A stretch of 42,560 nucleotides of DNA from a virus (lineage: Duplodnaviria; Caudoviricetes): positions 1 to 42,560 of the IMG/VR virus record IMGVR_UViG_3300030330_000262. The stretch is one strand, 5' to 3'. Below the pieces are notes generated by a model, which was not told the origin of the DNA, searched no databases, and worked only from the letters and a program-made list of their open reading frames with translations. Shown here in pieces: positions 1 to 9,882 of this stretch. The translations under genes were made by a program, and so were the position numbers. Position 1 is the first letter of the stretch. Each line of letters begins with the position of its first letter.

Positions 1-2
1 CA

Positions 3-1037
3 GAGGGTGTGGAGGCTGCGACAGGCTTAACGGGCATTAAAAGAGATATCTATGGGTTGGGTCAGGTGGCTGGATTATTGGCAGGGGCAAGCCCTTCAGC
101 GCTGCCTAGTCTAAAATCACCTTCTACTTCGACACGCTCTGGTGCAGAGAAGGCGTTTAAAAGTCCCCCAAAACAAGACGAGATTTCAAAAACCCTTCCG
201 CACGATGATCTAGACACATCAGAACTTCTAACTTCGTACATCATATCTCCAACCAGAAACCCAGAAAGTAAATCAGGAGTTACAAGACAAGAGCTTGTTA
301 ATCGACTTTCATCTGATGCAAATGCTCAAACAAAAACTCAAAAAGCTTTAGATGAGCTTGGATATAAGGATACTGTTCCAGTATTTCGCACAGTAATATT
401 AAAAGATGGCAAAGCTATGGACCCAGAAACGATTACGTCCGTATCTTTAAGGCCAAAAGCTTTTGCTGATACAAATAGCTTTTTAACTCAAGGGAAAATA
501 GGTTTTGGTGATAATGTAATCGCTGTAAGGTATGATGTTCCAAGAGATAAATTTATTGGATATTTCCCAGCTCTTGCTGACGATATTAAGTCAAGCGTTA
601 ATAAAAAAATAAAAGAAAAGGGAATTGGTCAAACTGAAATAGAGGGTTTTAAAACTGTTACCAATCCGTCTGAACATGCAAAGAATTTAATTGAAATGCA
701 GGATGAGGCTATTGTTGACGTTTCTGGCTTAACCGCTAAACCATTAAAAGTGTTTGACAAAGATGAAATACAAAGCATGATTTCTATGAACTCATTTTTA
801 CCAAGAAAAATTGCATCACAAGAGTTAAAGTCAGGACCAGAGGTAAGGGCGGCGTTAGGAGAAAGCTATACGGCTGTAAATCCTTTTAAATTTAAAGGTA
901 CAAAAGAAGAATTTGAACAATTAAATCAAGAGGCCGCGCAAAAAATGTTTGAAAATTATGAGCGTTTTTTTAGAGGTGATTACAAACAAGGTGGTATTGT
1001 GTATAATCCTTTTAACGCAGGCATAGGAGCTTTGTAA
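3..1037 (+). CDS. Hypothetical protein, probably 5'-truncated by the window edge; possible internal virion protein
   Basis: The frame is open to the window start (track start is GTG at 9). The C-terminus carries a YKQGGIV motif like other proteins here. The stop overlaps the portal ATG (TAATG). Confidence 0.6.
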   Translation, partial: EGVEAATGLTGIKRDIYGLGQVAGLLAGASPSALPSLKSPSTSTRSGAEKAFKSPPKQDEISKTLPHDDLDTSELLTSYIISPTRNPESKSGVTRQELVNRLSSDANAQTKTQKALDELGYKDTVPVFRTVILKDGKAMDPETITSVSLRPKAFADTNSFLTQGKIGFGDNVIAVRYDVPRDKFIGYFPALADDIKSSVNKKIKEKGIGQTEIEGFKTVTNPSEHAKNLIEMQDEAIVDVSGLTAKPLKVFDKDEIQSMISMNSFLPRKIASQELKSGPEVRAALGESYTAVNPFKFKGTKEEFEQLNQEAAQKMFENYERFFRGDYKQGGIVYNPFNAGIGAL

Positions 1038-3484
1038 TGGCTATAGAAAAAGGCACAGGTGCTGGCGGTGATAATGTCATCCCTATGAATACACAGGAAC
1101 AGATAGATATTCTTGAAATGCCTGTTGAGCCTGGTCAAGTAACAATGGATGATGGCTCTGTTATTGTTGGCGACATCACTGAAGAAATGATGGCAGCAGA
1201 AGTGCCAGTAGAAATACCCTTTAACTCTAACCTCGTTGATTTTATGGATGAGGCAGAAACCACAGCTATCGCCTCTGACTTGGTTGGTGAGATTGAGGAT
1301 GACTTGTCATCTCGTGAGGATTGGGAAGAAGTTTACAAAAGAGGCATTGATCTTCTTGGTATGAATTATGAAGACAGATCGCAGCCATTTGAAGGCGCAT
1401 CTGGTGTAGTTCATCCTCTTTTAGCCGAATCAGTTACACAGTTTCAGGCGCAGGCTTATCGTGAATTATTGCCTTCTGGCGGACCTGTTCGCACACAGAT
1501 AATTGGTGATCAGAACAAAGAAGTCTTAGCGCAAGCTGAACGTGTTAAAAACTATATGAATTATCAAATTACTTATGAAATGGAGGAGTATGATCCTGAA
1601 CTGGACCAAATGCTTTTCTACCTTCCTATTATAGGCTCTACTTTTAAAAAGATTTACTTTGATCCTCTCTTGCAAAGAGCTGTATCTAAGTTTGTTCATG
1701 CTGAAGACCTCATTGTTCCTTACAGCGCAACTGATTTAGCATCAGCAACACGCATTACGCATGTTGTTAAGATGGATAAAAACGAGATAAGAAAGCTACA
1801 GCTTACAGGCTTTTACGCTGATATAGACCTGCCTGGAGATGGCTATGGAGATGAAGATTACTCTAATGTAAAAGAAACCATAGATGAAATACAGGGCATT
1901 TCTCCATCAGGATCCAGCGAAGAGGTAACATTGTATGAGGTTCATACAAATTTAGACTTGTCTGGGTTTAAAGATGTAGATGCAAATGGTGAAGAGACTG
2001 AGTTAAAGCTTCCATATATCGTAACAATTGTAGAGAAAAGTGGCAAAGTTCTGGCGATTCGCCGTAATTACGATGAAACAGATCCTTTGCGCCGTTCTAA
2101 GCCTTACTTTGTGCATTACAAGTTTTTGCCTGGTTTAGGTTTTTACGGTTTTGGCCTTACACATATGATTGGCGGACTGTCTCAAGCAGCAACTAGCCTG
2201 TTAAGACAGCTAATTGATGCTGGCACCCTGTCCAACCTCCCAGCGGGGTTCAAGGCTCGTGGCGCTCGTATCCGTGACGAGGACGAACCACTAAACCCTG
2301 GTGAGTTTCGTGACATTGACGTTGCGGGTATGGACATCCGCCAATCGCTTATGACGCTGCCATTTAAAGAACCCTCTCAGACGCTATATTCGCTCTTAGG
2401 CACGCTTGTTGATTCTGGTCGTAGATTTGCATCTTTAGCTGATATGAAAGTCGCAGAGATGGGTGGAGAGACACCTGTAGGTACAACTATGGCGATTATG
2501 GAACGCGGCACAAAAGTTATGTCTGCAATTCACAAGCGCTTGCATTATTCACAAAAAGTTGAATTTAAGCTTTTAGCTAACGTGTTTGCTAGATTTATGG
2601 CTCCCATGTACCCATACGCGATACCAGGCGCACCGCCAGAGATTAAGGTTGCAGATTTTGATGATCGTATAGATGTTTTGCCTGTATCAGATCCTAACAT
2701 TTTTTCTATGTCACAGCGGATTGCCTTAGCCCAAACAGAACTACAATTGGTTCAGTCAAACCCAGAGATACATGGAAACGAACAAGGTTTGTACCAAGCT
2801 TATCGCAAAATGTATGAAGCACTAGGAGTTACAAATGTCGATGCGATCTTACCTCCACCTCCTGCTCCTCAACCTACGAATCCAGCTAAGGAAAACCAAG
2901 AGGCAATGCGCGGAAAAGCTCTACAAGCTTTTCCAGAACAAAATCATCAAGCTCATATTGAATCCCATTTGGCGATTATTGCAACGCCTGTGGCGCAAGC
3001 TAACGCAGCGATAGTTATGACCTTGCAGGGCCATGTTCAGGAACATCTTGGATTTATGGCTGAGGCTATGGCGCAAGAAGAGATTATAAATCAATTGTCT
3101 CCTGAAGAGCAAATGCAACTTCAATCTTCACAAGAGGGGATTATGGCATTCCAGACAGAAGTTGCTTCTCGTGCGGCAGAGTTGATTGGCGAGCTTACAG
3201 AGCAATATGCACAGGCTGTCACGCCTCCGCCACAAACAGATCCCCTTGTTGCTATACGTCAACAGGAGCTAGCATTGCGTGAAGCTGACATTCAGCGCAG
3301 ATCTGAAGAGGCGAAAGACAGAGCGCAGCTTGACCGTGAAAAAGAATTGAATGATCAAGTAGAGGCTCAAACACGTTTAGGCATTCAACAAGAGGCTCTT
3401 AATCAAAAAACAAGAGTTGCAGAAGAGCGTATTCAAACTCAAAGAGATATTGCCGCTCTTAATAACATGACGAAAGGTCGATAA
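1037..3484 (+). CDS. Portal protein (P22-like)
   Basis: 815 aa; HPLLAESVTQFQAQAY, FLPGLGFYGFGL and LRQLIDAGTLSNLP motifs typical of marine podovirus portals; coiled-coil C-terminal barrel; heads the morphogenesis operon. Confidence 0.9.
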   Translation: MAIEKGTGAGGDNVIPMNTQEQIDILEMPVEPGQVTMDDGSVIVGDITEEMMAAEVPVEIPFNSNLVDFMDEAETTAIASDLVGEIEDDLSSREDWEEVYKRGIDLLGMNYEDRSQPFEGASGVVHPLLAESVTQFQAQAYRELLPSGGPVRTQIIGDQNKEVLAQAERVKNYMNYQITYEMEEYDPELDQMLFYLPIIGSTFKKIYFDPLLQRAVSKFVHAEDLIVPYSATDLASATRITHVVKMDKNEIRKLQLTGFYADIDLPGDGYGDEDYSNVKETIDEIQGISPSGSSEEVTLYEVHTNLDLSGFKDVDANGEETELKLPYIVTIVEKSGKVLAIRRNYDETDPLRRSKPYFVHYKFLPGLGFYGFGLTHMIGGLSQAATSLLRQLIDAGTLSNLPAGFKARGARIRDEDEPLNPGEFRDIDVAGMDIRQSLMTLPFKEPSQTLYSLLGTLVDSGRRFASLADMKVAEMGGETPVGTTMAIMERGTKVMSAIHKRLHYSQKVEFKLLANVFARFMAPMYPYAIPGAPPEIKVADFDDRIDVLPVSDPNIFSMSQRIALAQTELQLVQSNPEIHGNEQGLYQAYRKMYEALGVTNVDAILPPPPAPQPTNPAKENQEAMRGKALQAFPEQNHQAHIESHLAIIATPVAQANAAIVMTLQGHVQEHLGFMAEAMAQEEIINQLSPEEQMQLQSSQEGIMAFQTEVASRAAELIGELTEQYAQAVTPPPQTDPLVAIRQQELALREADIQRRSEEAKDRAQLDREKELNDQVEAQTRLGIQQEALNQKTRVAEERIQTQRDIAALNNMTKGR

Positions 3485-3485
3485 A

Positions 3486-3776
3486 ATGACAGCAAGTTCA
3501 GTAAGCAGAAAAGTAGCTGAGGCAGAAAAAGCTAAAAAAGTGGAGCGTAGAAATGCCCTTATTGAAAGGCAAAAGCCAAAAGACGATATCGTCAAACATA
3601 TCGAAACTGAGATCAGAGGGATACCCGCAGAAACAAGCAGTAGCGATAGCGTTATCGACAGCGGGGAAATCAAAGCCGTCTCAAAACCAAAAACAAAAGC
3701 TAAAAAAACCAGTGGCGCTAAAAAAGGGGGGAGTAGTAAAAAGGTTCTCTCCAATAGCAAGGCCACAAAGATTTAA
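3486..3776 (+). CDS. Hypothetical basic protein overlapping 3553-3789 in another frame
   Basis: ATG 1 nt after the portal stop with AAGGT upstream; 96 aa. Confidence 0.45.
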   Translation: MTASSVSRKVAEAEKAKKVERRNALIERQKPKDDIVKHIETEIRGIPAETSSSDSVIDSGEIKAVSKPKTKAKKTSGAKKGGSSKKVLSNSKATKI

Positions 3777-3789
3777 AGGTGTTTTTTGA
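3553..3789 (+). CDS. Small basic phage protein ([16 protein letters not shown]...QKQAVAIAL family)
   Basis: GGAG RBS upstream; N-terminal motif recurrent in phages; stop overlaps the next ATG. Confidence 0.8.
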   Translation: MPLLKGKSQKTISSNISKLRSEGYPQKQAVAIALSTAGKSKPSQNQKQKLKKPVALKKGGVVKRFSPIARPQRFKGVF

Positions 3790-3995
3790 TGAGTGCAGAA
3801 GACGTAGCAAGAAAGCTATTAGAGCTTAAAATCCTGCCCAGATTTATGATGTTGTGTATGACAGGTGTATATATACGTTGTATTGAGTGGGCATTATCAC
3901 AACCAGACTTAACAACTCAGCAGGCTTCACTAATTTCAGTCGTCACGGGTGCAATGACAGGAAGTCTGGCAGTCTGGTTAAATTCTGAAAAATGA
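3789..3995 (+). CDS. Small two-TM membrane protein (holin-like)
   Basis: Two hydrophobic helices; TGATG coupling to the previous gene. Confidence 0.65.
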   Translation: MSAEDVARKLLELKILPRFMMLCMTGVYIRCIEWALSQPDLTTQQASLISVVTGAMTGSLAVWLNSEK

Positions 3996-4210
3996 AAGAG
4001 TTTGTTCTTGTTATCTCTATGTGGGGTTATACAGGTGTAGAATGGGTATACGTTGGAAACCAAATAGTTTTGCAGCAATCTTTTACGCAAGAACAATGTT
4101 ACCATTTGTTACAAAAAGATATGTGGAAAGCAAATTATAACAACGAGTATTTTAAGATGAATATTCAATGTTTTCCTAAAGATTGTGCTGGGAAAGAAGT
4201 GTGTGATTAA
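3992..4210 (+). CDS. Hypothetical protein
   Basis: ATGA-coupled ORF, 72 aa, hydrophobic N-terminus, Cys residues. Confidence 0.65.
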   Translation: MKEFVLVISMWGYTGVEWVYVGNQIVLQQSFTQEQCYHLLQKDMWKANYNNEYFKMNIQCFPKDCAGKEVCD

Positions 4211-4608
4211 TGCCAGCAAAGTTAAATGAGAACACTGAAGTAGCACTGCCGCTACGCAATATCATATCTATGGTTGCAGCAGCATCTCTAGCTACATGGG
4301 CGTATTTTGGGATTATAGAACGCCTGAATCAGATTGAAACCAACATTACGATGATGGAGTCTAATGTTAATCATAATACAGAGTTTAGAATAAAGTGGCC
4401 GAGAGGAGAGATGGGGAGCCTTCCAGCTGATTCAGAACAATACATGCTAATCGAGCATTTGGCTGGTGAGTTGGAAAAATTGCAAACAGATATAGAATCT
4501 GGTAAGGCTCCCTTTGATCAACAACAAAAGTTGACACTGGATTTTTATGAGCGCCGTATTACAAGTTTAGAAGAAAATTTAGAGAATATGAGAAATGGGG
4601 ATAATTGA
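4210..4608 (+). CDS. Hypothetical membrane-anchored coiled-coil protein
   Basis: N-terminal TM (IISMVAAASLATWAYFGII) followed by coiled coil; coupled start. Confidence 0.7.
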   Translation: MPAKLNENTEVALPLRNIISMVAAASLATWAYFGIIERLNQIETNITMMESNVNHNTEFRIKWPRGEMGSLPADSEQYMLIEHLAGELEKLQTDIESGKAPFDQQQKLTLDFYERRITSLEENLENMRNGDN

Positions 4609-4819
4609 AACCTCAATAATTTTAATATTGTATATGTCAGGGTCTATCGTTGAACATGTAGGCTATGATAACATAGCAGTGTGTTTAAGGGCTAAAAGAC
4701 ACATTGAGCGCACTGGCTGGAAAGACAGTGAATATAAACGATATGCTTGTGAGAAAAGAACTGTAGAACTAAAGGAGGGTGTAGACGGCAAGCCATATGT
4801 GCTGAAAATAGTGGAGTAG
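4595..4819 (+). CDS. Hypothetical protein
   Basis: 74 aa ORF in the operon; hydrophobic N-terminus and two Cys. Confidence 0.65.
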   Translation: MGIIETSIILILYMSGSIVEHVGYDNIAVCLRAKRHIERTGWKDSEYKRYACEKRTVELKEGVDGKPYVLKIVE

Positions 4820-4823
4820 TAAA

Positions 4824-5270
4824 TTGTTAGCCGAACTCGCTGCCGCAAACGCGGCCTTTGCAATTATTAAAAGGGCTGTTCAAAATACAGGTGATATAGC
4901 TAAAGCTGGCAGAGCGATCTCAGATTTCGTAATAGCTAAAGAAGAGCTTCAACGCAAAGGCAACAAAAAGAAAAAATCTGGCATCCGCTCCTCTGACTTA
5001 GAAGAGTTTATGGCTTTAGAAAGCATCCGACAAAAAGAACAACAATTAAAGCAAATAATGATATATACAGGCAGGCCTGGGCTTTGGCAGGATTGGCAAA
5101 GGTTTCAAGCAGAAGCTAGAAAAGAAAGAAGAGTAAGAGAGGAACTTGCAAGGCGCAGAAGAGCTGAGATAATGGATGCCATTGGAATAGGCTCAGTAGT
5201 GTTATTAATAGCGGCTATGGTTGCTGGGTTGGTTGCTTGGGTTGCTTGGCTAAAAGGAATGTTTGATTAA
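4824..5270 (+). CDS. Hypothetical protein with C-terminal TM helix
   Basis: GGAG upstream, TTG start; hydrophobic C-terminus. Confidence 0.7.
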   Translation: MLAELAAANAAFAIIKRAVQNTGDIAKAGRAISDFVIAKEELQRKGNKKKKSGIRSSDLEEFMALESIRQKEQQLKQIMIYTGRPGLWQDWQRFQAEARKERRVREELARRRRAEIMDAIGIGSVVLLIAAMVAGLVAWVAWLKGMFD

Positions 5271-5289
5271 AGGAAAAAGGGAGGGTGTT

Positions 5290-5670
5290 ATGTTTCAAGC
5301 GCTTATTGGGCCTATCGCATCGTTGGCAGGCTCATTTGTTGAGGGGCAAGTTTCCAAGCAAAAGGCGAAAGCAACTCTTGCACAAACTGAGGCAGAGGCA
5401 AAAGCTGAAATAATGAAAACCGCAGCTACCCACGACAGTAAGTGGGAGTTGATTATGGCTGAGTCTACAAAATCGTCCATTAAGGATGAAATAGTCACGG
5501 TGATTATACTCATTCCTTTAATTTTAGTCTTCATTCCTGGGATGGAACAAATTGTTAAAAACGGTTTTGACCGTTTGAATGAGCTTCCTGAGTGGTACAC
5601 ATACCTAGTTTTCCTTACAATATCTGCGGCACTAGGAATCAAAGGTGTGGATAAATTTAGGAAAAAGTAA
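5290..5670 (+). CDS. Putative holin (3TM/GTA-holin-like)
   Basis: Amphipathic N-terminus, SSIKDE, a TM segment, then LPEWYTYL and a second TM; GGAGG-like RBS before the ATG at 5290. Confidence 0.6.
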   Translation: MFQALIGPIASLAGSFVEGQVSKQKAKATLAQTEAEAKAEIMKTAATHDSKWELIMAESTKSSIKDEIVTVIILIPLILVFIPGMEQIVKNGFDRLNELPEWYTYLVFLTISAALGIKGVDKFRKK

Positions 5671-5864
5671 TGGACGTTATTGCCTTAACAGAGCATTTAT
5701 TAAAGAACATACGTCAGCAAAAAGAGGACTACACGACAATGCTGGCGAATGGTGCGGTAGAAGATATGGAAAACTACCGATTTGTGGTGGGTCAAATACG
5801 CGGACTGACTTACTGTGAAGAAGAAATAAGAGCCGCGATGAAAGGTGTCATTGAAGATGGCTAA
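5670..5864 (+). CDS. Conserved hypothetical phage protein
   Basis: 64 aa with YRFVVGQIRGL motif, directly upstream of GroES. Confidence 0.75.
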   Translation: MDVIALTEHLLKNIRQQKEDYTTMLANGAVEDMENYRFVVGQIRGLTYCEEEIRAAMKGVIEDG

Positions 5865-6342
5865 AAAACTATTCGTGCCTGAAAGGGTTGCGGCAAATAT
5901 GAAGTCTGACACGCCACAGACTAAAATCCCAAAGGCGATTGAAAAGGCTTTACCAGAGCAAGAAGAAAACAAAAACACAGAAAATCCAGAAAATATGGAT
6001 GTTTCTGCCCTTGATAGATTGCCAAACCCTGTAGGTTATAGGCTTTTGGTAATCCCATATTACCCCCCAGCCAAGACAAAAGGCGGTATTTATGTGCCAG
6101 ATGCTACTCGTGACAGAGAAGCATTTGCAACAGTTGCAGCGTATGTTGTTAAGGTTGGCCCTGACGCATATAAAGACCAAGACAAGTTCCCCTCTGGCGC
6201 TTGGGCGCATGAGAAATCTTGGGTTCTTATGGGAAGATATGCTGGAAATAGGTTCAAAGTGGAGGGTCTTGAGGTTCGTCTCATAAATGACGATAATATT
6301 ATCGCCACTATACTTGACCCAGCAGATATCTCATATGTATAA
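5857..6342 (+). CDS. groES: GroES-like co-chaperonin (Cpn10) with N-terminal extension
   Basis: PVGYRLLV...KTKGGIYVPD...VVKVGPDAY...YAG..FKVEG.EVRLINDDNIIA match the Cpn10 signature. Confidence 0.85.
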   Translation: MAKKLFVPERVAANMKSDTPQTKIPKAIEKALPEQEENKNTENPENMDVSALDRLPNPVGYRLLVIPYYPPAKTKGGIYVPDATRDREAFATVAAYVVKVGPDAYKDQDKFPSGAWAHEKSWVLMGRYAGNRFKVEGLEVRLINDDNIIATILDPADISYV

Positions 6343-6360
6343 AAAAGGTGGAGGGACATT

Positions 6361-7293
6361 ATGGAAGATGTAATGAATCAAGAAGCGCAAACACCGTCAG
6401 AAGAAAACATCACTGTTGATGTTGAGGATTCTGATCAAAAAGCAGAAGTCAAAGAAGAAAAATCCGAACAAATGTTCGACTCTTCTGATGAGCAAGAAGA
6501 TGATGGCGCTTCTGGTGAAGAGCTTGAAAATTATAGTGGCAACGTACAAAAGCGCATAAATCAATTAACAGCTAAACGCAAACAAGCGCTAGAAGAAGCT
6601 GAGGCGGCTTATCAATACGCTCAACAAGTTCAGCAGCAAAATGAGCAAATGAAGGCTCGTTTACAAGAGCTTGATCAAGGTTATACAAATGAATATGGCG
6701 CTCGTGTTGATTCTCAGCATGAACAAGCAAAGAAGCTTTTAAAAGAAGCTCGTGAGCTTGGGGATTTTGAAAAAGAGGTAGAGGCACAAGACTTAATTGC
6801 TCGTTTAGCTGTAGAAAAAGAGCGTGTTCGTGTTCAAAAGGCTCGTCAGGAACAAGCGCAGCAACAACCTCAAGAAGAACAACAGGCTCAAGCGCCGCAA
6901 CAACAAAGGCCACAAAAAACTGAAGATTTAGACCCAAAGTTACAAACTTGGATGAGCAAGAACGAATCTTGGTTTGGTAAAGATATGGTTATGACTAGAG
7001 GCGCTCAAGCTATTCATGAAATGCTAGTAGGCATGGAAGGCTTTGATCCTACCAGTGATGAGTATTATTCGGAAATAGATAAGAGGATGCGTGTAGAGTT
7101 TCCTCATAAGTTTCAGTCGCAGCGGCAAAACGCCCAAGCAGTTGCGCCTGCGTCCTCTGGACGGTCTGTGAAATCAGGGCGGAAAAAGACGGTGGAATTA
7201 ACACCAGGTCAAGTGGCTTTCGCTAATAAGATGAAGATTCCTCTTGAGCGGTACGCAAAAGAAGTCGCTAAATTAAACTCAAGGAGTGCATAA
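6361..7293 (+). CDS. Putative capsid scaffolding protein
   Basis: Acidic, coiled-coil, VQKRINQLT motif, located upstream of the capsid genes. Confidence 0.7.
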   Translation: MEDVMNQEAQTPSEENITVDVEDSDQKAEVKEEKSEQMFDSSDEQEDDGASGEELENYSGNVQKRINQLTAKRKQALEEAEAAYQYAQQVQQQNEQMKARLQELDQGYTNEYGARVDSQHEQAKKLLKEARELGDFEKEVEAQDLIARLAVEKERVRVQKARQEQAQQQPQEEQQAQAPQQQRPQKTEDLDPKLQTWMSKNESWFGKDMVMTRGAQAIHEMLVGMEGFDPTSDEYYSEIDKRMRVEFPHKFQSQRQNAQAVAPASSGRSVKSGRKKTVELTPGQVAFANKMKIPLERYAKEVAKLNSRSA

Positions 7294-7748
7294 TGGCTGA
7301 TCGCACAAGTAGGGATTCGCAAACCCGTGAAAAAAAAGCGAGAGTGGAAACTTGGCGACCACCATCTACTCTTGAGGCTCCAGAACCGCCAGTTGGTTTT
7401 AAACACCGCTGGATTCGTGAGTCGGTTATGGAATTTGATGACCGAAATAACGTCCATAAGCGCCGCCGCGAAGGTTGGGAGCTTGTAAGGTCGGAAGATT
7501 ACCCTGATTTCGATGCACCTGTCATTGACGAAGGAAAAAACGCTGGCGTAATCGGCGTAGGTGGTTTGGTTCTTGCTCGAATACCTGAAGAGATTGTGGA
7601 ACAACGTGACGCGCATTATCGCAATGTCACAGAAAATCAAATGGATGCTGTAGATAGAGATTGGATGCGTGAGTCTAATGCGGCTATGCCCAAACTCGCT
7701 CCACAGCGCTCAAGTAAAGTAACTTTTGGCTCAAAGGGCCAAAACTAA
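7293..7748 (+). CDS. Conserved hypothetical head-module protein
   Basis: WRPPSTL, HRWIR, REGWELV and IGVGGLVLARIP motifs; coupled start. Confidence 0.75.
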   Translation: MADRTSRDSQTREKKARVETWRPPSTLEAPEPPVGFKHRWIRESVMEFDDRNNVHKRRREGWELVRSEDYPDFDAPVIDEGKNAGVIGVGGLVLARIPEEIVEQRDAHYRNVTENQMDAVDRDWMRESNAAMPKLAPQRSSKVTFGSKGQN

Positions 7749-7768
7749 CCTCATAAGGAGAGTTTAAG

Positions 7769-8356
7769 ATGGCAAATAAAGACGCCTCTTTTGGTCTACG
7801 TCCTGCACGGATGATGAACGGCTCTGCTTTCATGAACCAACAAAACCGTTATCGTATCGCTTCTGGTGATAGCACAGCTATTTTTCAAGGCGATCTCGTA
7901 GAAGCTTTAACTGCTGGCGTTATCGCCCGTATGGCTGCTGGAGATGGTGGATTTGTTCTTGGTGTGTTCAATGGATGCCGTTACACAGACCCCACAACTG
8001 GGAAGGAAACCTTCTCAAACAGCTACCCTGGTTCAATTGCAGCTTCAGACATTGAGGCTTTCATAATTGATTCACCAGATGTAGTTTACGAAATTCAAGG
8101 AGATGAGGCATTCCCTGTGGCTGATCTTTTTGGTAATTTCGACATCGTTGACCAATCACCTGTAGGTGACACAAGTTCAGGGATTTCCCGCATGGAACTT
8201 GATGTTAGCACTGGCGCAACAACTGCAACATTGCCTTTGAAAGCGATTGATATTTCGCAAGACCCAGAGAACAATGATGTAGCAAGCGCAAATACAAATG
8301 TGATGGTCGTTATCAATAACCACTTGCTGTCCGCTGGCACAACTGGCTTGGCATAA
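7769..8356 (+). CDS. Putative capsid cement/decoration protein
   Basis: MANxDAxFGLRP start, beta-rich, immediately upstream of the major capsid gene; AAGGAG RBS. Confidence 0.65.
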   Translation: MANKDASFGLRPARMMNGSAFMNQQNRYRIASGDSTAIFQGDLVEALTAGVIARMAAGDGGFVLGVFNGCRYTDPTTGKETFSNSYPGSIAASDIEAFIIDSPDVVYEIQGDEAFPVADLFGNFDIVDQSPVGDTSSGISRMELDVSTGATTATLPLKAIDISQDPENNDVASANTNVMVVINNHLLSAGTTGLA

Positions 8357-8368
8357 GGAGACTAGATA

Positions 8369-9277
8369 ATGGCTATTTCAAGAGCGCAACTAGTTAAAGA
8401 ACTAGAGCCAGGCCTGAACGCCTTGTTCGGCATGGAATACGACCGCTACGATGCACAACATGCAGAAATCTACGACACTGAATCATCAGACCGTGCGTTT
8501 GAAGAAGAGGTAATGCTCGTAGGTTTTGGTAACGCTCAGACCAAAGCTGAGGGTGCAGGTGTATCTTTCGACAACGCTTCAGAGGCATTTACCGCTCGGT
8601 ACAATCACGAAACGATTGCACTGGCATTTGCTTTAACTGAAGAGGCGATGGAAGATAACTTGTATGATCGCCTTGGCGCTCGTTACACCCGTGCATTAGC
8701 TCGTTCAATGTCACACACAAAGCAAGTTAAAGCTGCTGCCATTCTTAATAATGCGTTTGACAGTAACTTTGCTGGCGGTGATGGCAAAGAGTTGTGTGCT
8801 ACCGATCACCCACTTGCTGGTGGCGGTACGTTCCGCAATGAGTTGGCAACTGCTGCTGATCTCAATGAAACTTCTTTAGAGAACTCTCTCATTGATATCT
8901 CAACTTTTGTTGATGAGCGAAACATGATTATTGCGTTAAGAGGAACCAAGCTTATTGTTCCAACACAACTTCAGTTTGTGGCGGATCGTTTGCTTGAGTC
9001 TACATTACGCACAGGCACAGCCGATAATGATGTAAACGCAATCAACAACATGGGCATGTTGCCAGAGGGTTACGTTGTTAACAACTTCTTAACAGACCCA
9101 GATGCCTTCTTTATCAAAACAGACACTCCAAATGGATTTAAACATTTTGAGCGTACTCCAATGTCTACAGGCATGGAAGCTGACTTTGATTCAGGTAACA
9201 TGAGGTTTAAAGCTCGTGAGCGTTACAGCTTTGGCTTTTCAGACCCTCGTTGTGTATTTGGTTCCCCAGGAGCTTAA
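8369..9277 (+). CDS. Major capsid protein (HK97 fold)
   Basis: MAISRAQLVKELEPGLNALFG...ERYSFGFSDPR typical of this capsid family; strong RBS; followed by a terminator. Confidence 0.9.
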   Translation: MAISRAQLVKELEPGLNALFGMEYDRYDAQHAEIYDTESSDRAFEEEVMLVGFGNAQTKAEGAGVSFDNASEAFTARYNHETIALAFALTEEAMEDNLYDRLGARYTRALARSMSHTKQVKAAAILNNAFDSNFAGGDGKELCATDHPLAGGGTFRNELATAADLNETSLENSLIDISTFVDERNMIIALRGTKLIVPTQLQFVADRLLESTLRTGTADNDVNAINNMGMLPEGYVVNNFLTDPDAFFIKTDTPNGFKHFERTPMSTGMEADFDSGNMRFKARERYSFGFSDPRCVFGSPGA

Positions 9278-9293
9278 TACGAATAATTGTTCT

Positions 9294-9323
9294 AAAAGGG
9301 CGGCTTCCATGTCGCCCTTTTTT
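9294..9323 (+). terminator. Rho-independent terminator after the major capsid gene
   Basis: AAAAGGGCGGC-TTCCAT-GTCGCCCTTTTTT: stem with one G-U pair, then a U-tract. Confidence 0.8.
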
Positions 9324-9390
9324 ATTGTATAGTTAACCATCCCTGACAGTCGTATGGTGCGACTGACACTAGCCACGACAGGAGATTACA

Positions 9391-9873
9391 TTGGCTAACA
9401 CCACTTTTAACGGTCCCGTCCGTTCAGAAAACGGGTTCAAAAACGTCATTAAAAGCGCCACAACTGGTGAACTTACCAGCGAAATGACACTTTCTGTTTA
9501 CACCGCAACTGTAACAGTCGCTAACGGTGCTACGACAGGAAAAGAGTCATCTATTGGCATTCCGTCAAACTTTATCCCTATGGGCGTGATGATTGCTGTA
9601 ACTGGCGCAGCTTCTAATGCTGTCAACCTTGTTGATATTGGCACAGATGCTGATACAGACGGATTTGTTGACGGTATTACTGCCGCAGTAAACTCAACAG
9701 GATTTAAAGGGTTCTTCCCTTGTAATGGTGTGCTAGGTATGTCTGGTGGAGCAACCACCGCTGCTACAGCCACCGCAGATGAGGTTGAGGTTGTAGTTTC
9801 TGGCGATCCAGGTGCTGACACAACAATAGTGATGAAGTTCATAGGCATTTCTAGCTCATCAGACGCTTCGTAG
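9391..9873 (+). CDS. Putative virion structural protein (TTG start)
   Basis: AGGAG RBS before TTG; MANTTFNGPVRS start; beta-rich. Confidence 0.75.
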   Translation: MANTTFNGPVRSENGFKNVIKSATTGELTSEMTLSVYTATVTVANGATTGKESSIGIPSNFIPMGVMIAVTGAASNAVNLVDIGTDADTDGFVDGITAAVNSTGFKGFFPCNGVLGMSGGATTAATATADEVEVVVSGDPGADTTIVMKFIGISSSSDAS

Positions 9874-9882
9874 GAGGCTATT

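Noticed and set aside
6464-6478. CGAAC-AAAT-GTTCG resembling a Gram-positive LexA box
   Set aside because: It lies inside the scaffold CDS, not in a promoter, and is more likely one instance of the TGTTCG motif.
9366-9375. ACACTAGCCA matches part of the concatenated NN string of array unit 37019
   Set aside because: It is only 10 nt, expected by chance given the many possible substrings, and the flanks do not extend.
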